Shown: in pieces, positions 9,437 to 15,849 of the stretch
How positions within the stretch are numbered: position 1 is the stretch's first letter
Layout: the number at the start of each line of letters is the position of its first letter
DNA from: a virus
Lineage: Duplodnaviria > Caudoviricetes
Length of the DNA: 39,650 nt
Direction: 5' to 3' (one strand)
Virus record (IMG/VR): IMGVR_UViG_3300012910_000001
Location: 1-39,650 of that record
Notes under the pieces: generated by a model
Told to the model about the DNA's origin: nothing
The model's database searches: none
What the model saw: only the letters and a program-made list of their open reading frames with translations
Program-made: the position numbers and the translations under genes

Positions 9437-10026
9437 ACTGCAACTTTTGCAATCAAGTAATTATAAATCCTACTAAGAGAAAATTGTATGATTTTAAAAG
9501 AAGAGGGAAAATATATTGCTCTTCAGAATGTGTAAAAATAAAAAAATCACTTTCTTCTAGAGAAAGAATGATAAAAATGAATAAAGAATATGCGAGTGAT
9601 AGAATGAAGAAAAACAACCCTTCATTTAATAAAGAAATAATTAAAAAAGGAATACTCACAAAGATAAAAAAAGGTTCTTTTCATAAAACTCCCATTATTC
9701 AAGGGGGTAATGGTAAAAAAACACCAATTCCCGTTCAGATGCTTAACGATCGTTTAAATTGGACCTTAAGATATATTTTTCGAACTGGCGTGCATGGTTT
9801 TTATCCTACGCATTATAAACTAGAAATAGCTAATCAAGAGAAACAGATATGCATAGAGATAGATGGAAATAGCTCATATTCTCGAAAAGATGAAGCGAAG
9901 AAAAAAGAAGAATATTTAGAGTCAAAAGGATGGATTACCTTGAGATTCAAAAATAAAGATATTTTGAAAAATCTTGAATCTTGCGTTCAGACTTGTTTAA
10001 AAATATATGAAGAAAGAAGAATGTAA
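9433..10026 (+). CDS. Free-standing endonuclease-like protein (basic DNA-binding N-terminus plus DUF559/Vsr-like domain), possibly inactive
   Basis: CxxC...YCS..C, RMKKNNP, and ICIEIDG...YLESKGW..LRF motifs. Confidence 0.65.
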   Translation: MNCNFCNQVIINPTKRKLYDFKRRGKIYCSSECVKIKKSLSSRERMIKMNKEYASDRMKKNNPSFNKEIIKKGILTKIKKGSFHKTPIIQGGNGKKTPIPVQMLNDRLNWTLRYIFRTGVHGFYPTHYKLEIANQEKQICIEIDGNSSYSRKDEAKKKEEYLESKGWITLRFKNKDILKNLESCVQTCLKIYEERRM

Positions 10027-10114
10027 GAATGAATTAGTAGCTTGTGTTTGTATGAATAAGGATGAAAATGAACTTGTTAAAAGACCTGTTGTATATGAAA
10101 AATAGGTTCGCTTG

Positions 10115-10837
10115 ATGATAATTGACTGTATTTCAGACCTACATGGTTTCTACCCAAAACTAGAAGGTGGCGACTTGCTTATTGTGGCTGGAGATTTAAC
10201 GGCTACGGATAATGAAGATGAATACTATAAATTCAATTCATGGATTTGTGAGTTAGATTATAATAAGAAAATTGTCATAGCAGGAAATCACGACAACTTA
10301 CTTCAACAAAATTGGTTTGAATATTTAGAGGGTCCTCCAGCATTTGAATATCTCTGTGACTCAGGAACCGAATTTTCTTATCATGTTGAGGGATTTCCTG
10401 AAGAAGATGAAGCATTTCTTCCAAGCGGGAAAAGAACTCTAAAAATCTGGGGATCTCCTTGGACTAAAACATTTCCTGGAATGAACCCTAAATGCAAAGC
10501 TTTTACTGTTGATACCGAAGAAGAATTGGCTGAGAAATGGGAGTTAATCCCAGAAGATACTGATATTTTAATAACTCATTCTCCATCATGGGGATTACAT
10601 GATGCAAACATAAAACATGAAAGATGTGGAAGTAAATCATTGACTCATTGGATTGCCAATCATGTAGATGCATTAAAACTTTTCGTATGTGGACACATTC
10701 ATGAAGCATACGGAATATATGATGTTAGATCAATTCAAGACTCTCTGAATAGCCCAAGATCTACTGTTCATATTAATTGCAGCCACGTAAACGAACGATA
10801 TGAACCATTCAATAAGCTTCTAAGGGTCATTTTATGA
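10115..10837 (+). CDS. Calcineurin-like metallophosphoesterase
   Basis: SDLH, AGD, GNHD, ITH and GHIH metal-binding motifs. Confidence 0.9.
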   Translation: MIIDCISDLHGFYPKLEGGDLLIVAGDLTATDNEDEYYKFNSWICELDYNKKIVIAGNHDNLLQQNWFEYLEGPPAFEYLCDSGTEFSYHVEGFPEEDEAFLPSGKRTLKIWGSPWTKTFPGMNPKCKAFTVDTEEELAEKWELIPEDTDILITHSPSWGLHDANIKHERCGSKSLTHWIANHVDALKLFVCGHIHEAYGIYDVRSIQDSLNSPRSTVHINCSHVNERYEPFNKLLRVIL

Positions 10838-11037
10838 GTGAATGGATTAGTGTTAAAAATAGACTGCCTGAAAAAGATACTAAGGTTCTAATTTATTACC
10901 ATTCATATATGGATGTAATGGAATATTGGCATGATACCGAAGAAGGAAAACCTAAATTTTATGGGCCTCCTAATCCTCCAATTGATTATGTTAGCTATTG
11001 GATGCCATTGCCACAACCTCCAAAGAATGAGGATTGA
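10834..11037 (+). CDS. DUF551 family protein
   Basis: MSEWISVKNRLPE...VSYWMPLPQPP. Confidence 0.85.
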   Translation: MSEWISVKNRLPEKDTKVLIYYHSYMDVMEYWHDTEEGKPKFYGPPNPPIDYVSYWMPLPQPPKNED

Positions 11038-11279
11038 ATATGAGTAGATGTACAAAAAAATATGGATCTGCACCTATTATTTTTTTAGACGAAGAAAAAA
11101 GAAAAGAATGGGAGTCGATCGATCATTCCATTCGAAAAAACGTTTTCTCACTACTTAACGAATATGCGGATAAAATGGAAATGAAAGTATGTATTGAAAT
11201 GTTATGCAATGTAATCATCGATATGGATAAGCGAATTCAAGAACTGGAAGAATTAAAGAACCCTATAACAGTAGATTGA
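11034..11279 (+). CDS. Hypothetical protein
   Basis: Overlapping ORF in the same operon. Confidence 0.6.
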   Translation: MNMSRCTKKYGSAPIIFLDEEKRKEWESIDHSIRKNVFSLLNEYADKMEMKVCIEMLCNVIIDMDKRIQELEELKNPITVD

Positions 11280-11341
11280 TAAATTTAAATATTTAATGTA
11301 CATTCTACTTTTAGCTATGTAATGAGCTACCGGAGGATGTC

Positions 11342-13462
11342 ATTTCTTATAATATTGCGCCTTTTAATAATAACATAGAGCCTAGCCAAGGAAATGTTAA
11401 GCAATGGCTAGATAGTCTTTACACTAGATATCAGCCCCTCGAGCAAAGCCGCTGGAATCAGGCCAACATAGACACATTATTCTATGCTGGCGAGCAATCC
11501 TTTGTTAATCGGTATTTTAATTTTAATAATACCTCTTCATTCAATAAATATTATTTCAACTTAGTGCAACAGCCCATAAATATGGTGACTGGGTACGAAA
11601 GACAACATCGTAAAAACTTTAGCTATATTCCTACTGAGGGAGCAGATGCCCTTACTACCGATCAATATAATAAGTTAATCACTCATGTTGCCAATGCTGG
11701 ATCTATACATGAACAGAAATCAAAAGCTAAAGAATTAGCCGCTATATCTGGAATGGTACTAGCTCAGCCTTATCTTGATTATACTGGAGATGATCAAGCG
11801 CAAGGGGAATTAAAGGTTAAGATTTGGGAATATAATAGTTTCTTAGTTGATCCTTATTTTAGATCTCCCGATATGTCAGACGCTCAATTTGTGTGGTGTC
11901 AGGAATATATAAGCAAGCAAGAGGCAGAAGCAAGATTTCCAGGTAAGACTAATATGATTAGTCCAATGTCAGGTAGCCCTCAAAGATACGGGTCGTTTTA
12001 CTTTTTGCCAGAAAATTACAACATGGCTCGAAACGATCTGATGGTCTTATCCTATGTATGGTATAAATGGCGTAGAAAGAAAAAACGTTTATATAGCCGA
12101 AAACGTAATCAATTCTTTGATTATGCCGGGGGTGATGGGCAACTTGAGGCAATCCTTTACAACATTCCAGATATGCAACCTGTAACTGTTGAAACTCCAT
12201 GCTGGAAGCTTGCCACCGTTTTAAATGATCAATTGATGTTTCAAGGAGAAAATCCACTTGGGTTTGATTCTTGTCCTTTCATTCCATACTTTTGGAATTA
12301 TGATCCTCATATTAATTATTATGATCTTAGAGTTAGATCGCTAGTATACCCCATGAGATCTCCTCAGTTCTTAGCTAATCATAAGATAATCAATAATAAT
12401 GACATTGCAGCAGCTACCATTAATGCTGGATGGAAACGTAAGATTGGTGCAGTAGCTAATGAAGACAATCTCAAGAAATCAGGTCAAGGTTGGGATGTAA
12501 TCATTAATGAAGGATATGAACTAACAGACTGTGAGAAAATCATTCCAAGTGCTGTGCCTGAAAGTGATTTAGCATTAGCCCAACAAATGATAGATCTTAT
12601 TTACAATACTTCAGGTATTAATTTAGAGAATTGGTCCGGACAAGATGATAAACAAATAAGTAGCCTTACAATGCTTATGAAGCAAGCTGCTAATCTAATG
12701 GTATTTCAAAAATACTTTGATCAGTGGGACTTTTCAGATAGATTATTAGGAGATAAACTTCTTCAAATCCCTCTTAACAATTGGAATGCTGAAAAAGTTG
12801 GCCTTTATATAGGAGAAGAGCCATCCCCTTATTTCTACTCTAAAGTATTTTCTAAGTATCAAGTCTTAGTAGAAGAATCAGATTTAACACCCACTCAGCA
12901 AAACTTACAAGCTCAGCAGATGTTTGAGGTTAATGAAAGATTTGGCCGCGAAGTGTTCACACCATCTCAAATTGTTCCGAAGCTTAACATTTCTGGAAAA
13001 GCTGAGATTATTCAAATCATGCAGCAACAAGAACAACAACAAGCAGCTATGCAAAATGAGATGCAGAATACACAACATGCGTTTGAGCATGCTAAGATGC
13101 AAGAGTTGATGAGTAAAGCTGCTGCGAACATAGCCAGAGCACGTGAAGATCATAGCCGTTCTGAAAGTAACCTGGGACTCTACGAAGAGAGATTGTCGAT
13201 GATCGAGCGTAATAGGGCTCTTACTCTTAAAGAGAAACAAGCAGCTTTAAGAGAACTTTTAGAAAGCATGCAATTGTTTGGAAAAATGGAAACGGAATAT
13301 GCAGAAAATAAACTAAATATCGATGCCTATAATATTCGATCAGAGGAAGAATTAGAAAAACAAGATGTTCATAGGCGAACTGAAGCTAATAAATTCCTAG
13401 AGCAAATAATGGGATCTGTAGGTATGAATAATCCTTCCCAACAACAAGAACAAATGGTATAA
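11342..13462 (+). CDS. Portal protein (podovirus/P22-like), probable ATT start
   Basis: Large gene between terL and the scaffold/capsid genes, with a Q-rich coiled-coil C-terminus. The frame is open from 11315 and GGAGG lies 5 nt before ATT 11342. The ORF track starts it late, at 11564. Confidence 0.8.
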   Translation: MSYNIAPFNNNIEPSQGNVKQWLDSLYTRYQPLEQSRWNQANIDTLFYAGEQSFVNRYFNFNNTSSFNKYYFNLVQQPINMVTGYERQHRKNFSYIPTEGADALTTDQYNKLITHVANAGSIHEQKSKAKELAAISGMVLAQPYLDYTGDDQAQGELKVKIWEYNSFLVDPYFRSPDMSDAQFVWCQEYISKQEAEARFPGKTNMISPMSGSPQRYGSFYFLPENYNMARNDLMVLSYVWYKWRRKKKRLYSRKRNQFFDYAGGDGQLEAILYNIPDMQPVTVETPCWKLATVLNDQLMFQGENPLGFDSCPFIPYFWNYDPHINYYDLRVRSLVYPMRSPQFLANHKIINNNDIAAATINAGWKRKIGAVANEDNLKKSGQGWDVIINEGYELTDCEKIIPSAVPESDLALAQQMIDLIYNTSGINLENWSGQDDKQISSLTMLMKQAANLMVFQKYFDQWDFSDRLLGDKLLQIPLNNWNAEKVGLYIGEEPSPYFYSKVFSKYQVLVEESDLTPTQQNLQAQQMFEVNERFGREVFTPSQIVPKLNISGKAEIIQIMQQQEQQQAAMQNEMQNTQHAFEHAKMQELMSKAAANIARAREDHSRSESNLGLYEERLSMIERNRALTLKEKQAALRELLESMQLFGKMETEYAENKLNIDAYNIRSEEELEKQDVHRRTEANKFLEQIMGSVGMNNPSQQQEQMV

Positions 13463-13508
13463 AAAGATTAGTTTAAAATTAGCCATATTAGGCTTAAGGG
13501 ATGTAATT

Positions 13509-13766
13509 ATGGAAGATAGTCAAAAAAAGGGATCTGCAGCTATGTCCGGGGGCCAGAAAATAGATGACCATTCCTTCTGGGCAGGGAAAGGATCTAATGG
13601 TTCTGTATTCCCAATGGGTGCAAAAACTAAGAATGAATCATCTGCTGAAGGTGCAGGTAATCTTCCTAAGTATGAAGACACTACAGAGCGCATTAGAGCA
13701 GCTCAAGTAGAATGTACTAAGAAGATTAAGGCTCATCAAGGTAGACTTCCTCAATATAGAAACTAA
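13509..13766 (+). CDS. Small hypothetical head-module protein
   Basis: 85-aa ORF downstream of the portal. Confidence 0.65.
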   Translation: MEDSQKKGSAAMSGGQKIDDHSFWAGKGSNGSVFPMGAKTKNESSAEGAGNLPKYEDTTERIRAAQVECTKKIKAHQGRLPQYRN

Positions 13767-13808
13767 TTTACTATTAAATCCATGAACGACTTGGTAATAT
13801 AGTGAATT

Positions 13809-13959
13809 CGGGGCATTAGGGTGCGAAGTCTAGTGCTCTGTTTATAACTTTGATAGATTCATTGAGCAAGGTGTCGCGCTTAATAAGCAAGCCCGTTGAC
13901 GAGGCGGCAGGTAAAATCTGCACTATACATTTCGTTGCCGACGTGCTCTTGGATCTGTC
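13809..13959 (+). ncRNA. Candidate structured RNA
   Basis: GC-rich intergenic segment with a 12-bp hairpin and a multi-branch domain; many G.U pairs on the + strand. Confidence 0.5.
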
Positions 13960-13974
13960 TTTTAAAGGAAATAT

Positions 13975-14265
13975 ATGAAAAAGTCATCAAGTCAACGCAT
14001 AAATTCCAAATCTGGTTTTGCAGATCCTGCTAAGATCAAAACGCAACGACCAGAAGATAAACCAAAAGATGGCGTACCATATCCACTCGGTTGGGATTTT
14101 CGTTGCCCTCAATATGATCAGAGAAGCAGTAACTTTGTGAATGCAGGAACGAATTACGGTGTTGGACATAGACAACCAGTAGGTCATACAGGTAATCCTA
14201 AAGAAAGAGTGGATACACTTCCATTTGGTCGACCTACGACAATGCGTGTGGATGAGACAGAATGA
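13975..14265 (+). CDS. Small hypothetical head-module protein
   Basis: AAGGA RBS; 96 aa. Confidence 0.7.
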   Translation: MKKSSSQRINSKSGFADPAKIKTQRPEDKPKDGVPYPLGWDFRCPQYDQRSSNFVNAGTNYGVGHRQPVGHTGNPKERVDTLPFGRPTTMRVDETE

Positions 14266-14435
14266 AAAAGCTTAAGCATACTAAAGAATGGCATGCACCC
14301 AATACCAAAGTTGGCATGGGCGACTATTACGGCACTGCAGTAAAGAATCCTCAAGGAAGAATTATAGAAGATAGTATGGGCTATAAATCTATGAATCCAG
14401 CTGATCTAAAGAATCCTCCGAAATCACTCGCTTAG
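14262..14435 (+). CDS. 57-aa hypothetical protein (MKKLKHTKEWHAPNTKVGMGDYYGTAVKNP...)
   Basis: ATGA overlap with the previous gene; manual translation. Confidence 0.6.
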   Translation: MKKLKHTKEWHAPNTKVGMGDYYGTAVKNPQGRIIEDSMGYKSMNPADLKNPPKSLA

Positions 14436-14916
14436 ATCTCACATCTTGTAATTTTTCATCGACAATAGATTTTAAAATCAATCTCGCTCTTTCTTCTGGC
14501 ATATCATCAGGATGTGGCTTTTCAAGTTGTTTCCTTTTATGCTTAAACATCTCAATAGACCATGCAACCTCATTACTCTCTGTTACTAATCCTTTATCAT
14601 ATTGAGGCCACATTTCACGAGGTGGTATAAGCCAAACTACTTCAACTATGTCAGTTTTAGAAATAGCCCGAAATAGATAAGAGTTAGTTTGTGCTTTTGG
14701 AATGGAAAGTCTTGGCTGCCATAGCATGCGTTTATTAACACCATCATCGGCTGTTCTTGGATGAGCAAAGAGATAAACATATGGAGATTTCTCTTGTATG
14801 GCTAAAGAATCAGGATTTTTCTTTAAGCAATCTTCAGCACCTTGAAATATATTGATCGATTGATCTTTTACAAAATGCTGCAATCTATCATGTGTTTCAA
14901 GTTTATTTATTTTCAT
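14389..14916 (-). CDS. Hypothetical protein, antisense within the head module
   Basis: 175-aa ORF with normal globular composition. Confidence 0.75.
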   Translation of the reverse strand: MKINKLETHDRLQHFVKDQSINIFQGAEDCLKKNPDSLAIQEKSPYVYLFAHPRTADDGVNKRMLWQPRLSIPKAQTNSYLFRAISKTDIVEVVWLIPPREMWPQYDKGLVTESNEVAWSIEMFKHKRKQLEKPHPDDMPEERARLILKSIVDEKLQDVRSKRVISEDSLDQLDS

Positions 14917-14992
14917 TTATTGCCATCAATTTCAAATTTTAGTTTAATTCAATTAATCCAATCGCCGTGTAGCGTAATACCAAAGGGATAAT

Positions 14993-15643
14993 ATGACAGT
15001 ACCATCACAAGAAAATCAAGCACAAGAAACACAAGTTAGCAATAAAGAGTTTAATTTTCGAGCACTTGAACAAAAATACCAACAGCAATTAGCTGCAGAA
15101 CGAGCAGAGAAAGAAAGACTTTTCCAAGAATTACATCAAAGAAAACAACCAGAACCTCAGGAAGAAGACGAAGATTCTGAACCTTATGTTGATCATAAAA
15201 AATTACGAAAAGAACAAGCTAAGTTCGGCCAACAGATCAAACAAGAGACCCAAACAGAAATACAAAAAGCAGTAAAAACCGCATTAAATGAAGAGCGTAA
15301 ACAAAATTGGATGAAAAATAATCCTGATTTTTATGATGTCATGCAACATGCAGAAAAGTTTGCTCAAATGGACCCAGAACTTGCAGAATCAATTTTAGAA
15401 ATGCCTGAGGGATTTGAAAGACAAAAGTTAGTATATAAAAATATTAAAGCTTTAGGAATGCATAAACCCCAAAGTAAAGAGCCTTCTATTCAAGAAAAGA
15501 TAGATGCTAATAGAAGAAGTCCTTACTACCAACCGTCTGGTGTTGGAGCAGCTCCTTATGCTCAAGTAGGCGATTATAGTTCAGGTGGTCAGAAACAGGC
15601 CTATGAGAAGATGATGCAACTAAAGAATCAACTTAGATTGTAA
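14993..15643 (+). CDS. Putative capsid scaffolding protein
   Basis: Charged, Q/E-rich coiled-coil protein directly upstream of the capsid gene. Confidence 0.65.
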   Translation: MTVPSQENQAQETQVSNKEFNFRALEQKYQQQLAAERAEKERLFQELHQRKQPEPQEEDEDSEPYVDHKKLRKEQAKFGQQIKQETQTEIQKAVKTALNEERKQNWMKNNPDFYDVMQHAEKFAQMDPELAESILEMPEGFERQKLVYKNIKALGMHKPQSKEPSIQEKIDANRRSPYYQPSGVGAAPYAQVGDYSSGGQKQAYEKMMQLKNQLRL

Positions 15644-15849
15644 AGCCGCTTTACAGGATAATATTGTGTCAGAAATTTATTGACACAATATTATTTCAGA
15701 TAGATATTTAAATTACGCAAGCATAAGCGTTATATGCATTCGCGTTAGAGGAATTCGCATACCTCGACAGACATAAAAGAGAACGGACGTAGTTACGCAT
15801 CGTCCACGGATCATATGTCAAAATCACATCTGACACTTTAGGTACAGAT

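Noticed and set aside
11337-11367. ATG at 11337 as the portal start with a frameshift
   Set aside because: It abuts the GGAGG with no spacer and is out of frame. The ATT at 11342 has proper spacing and matches two other ATT cases.
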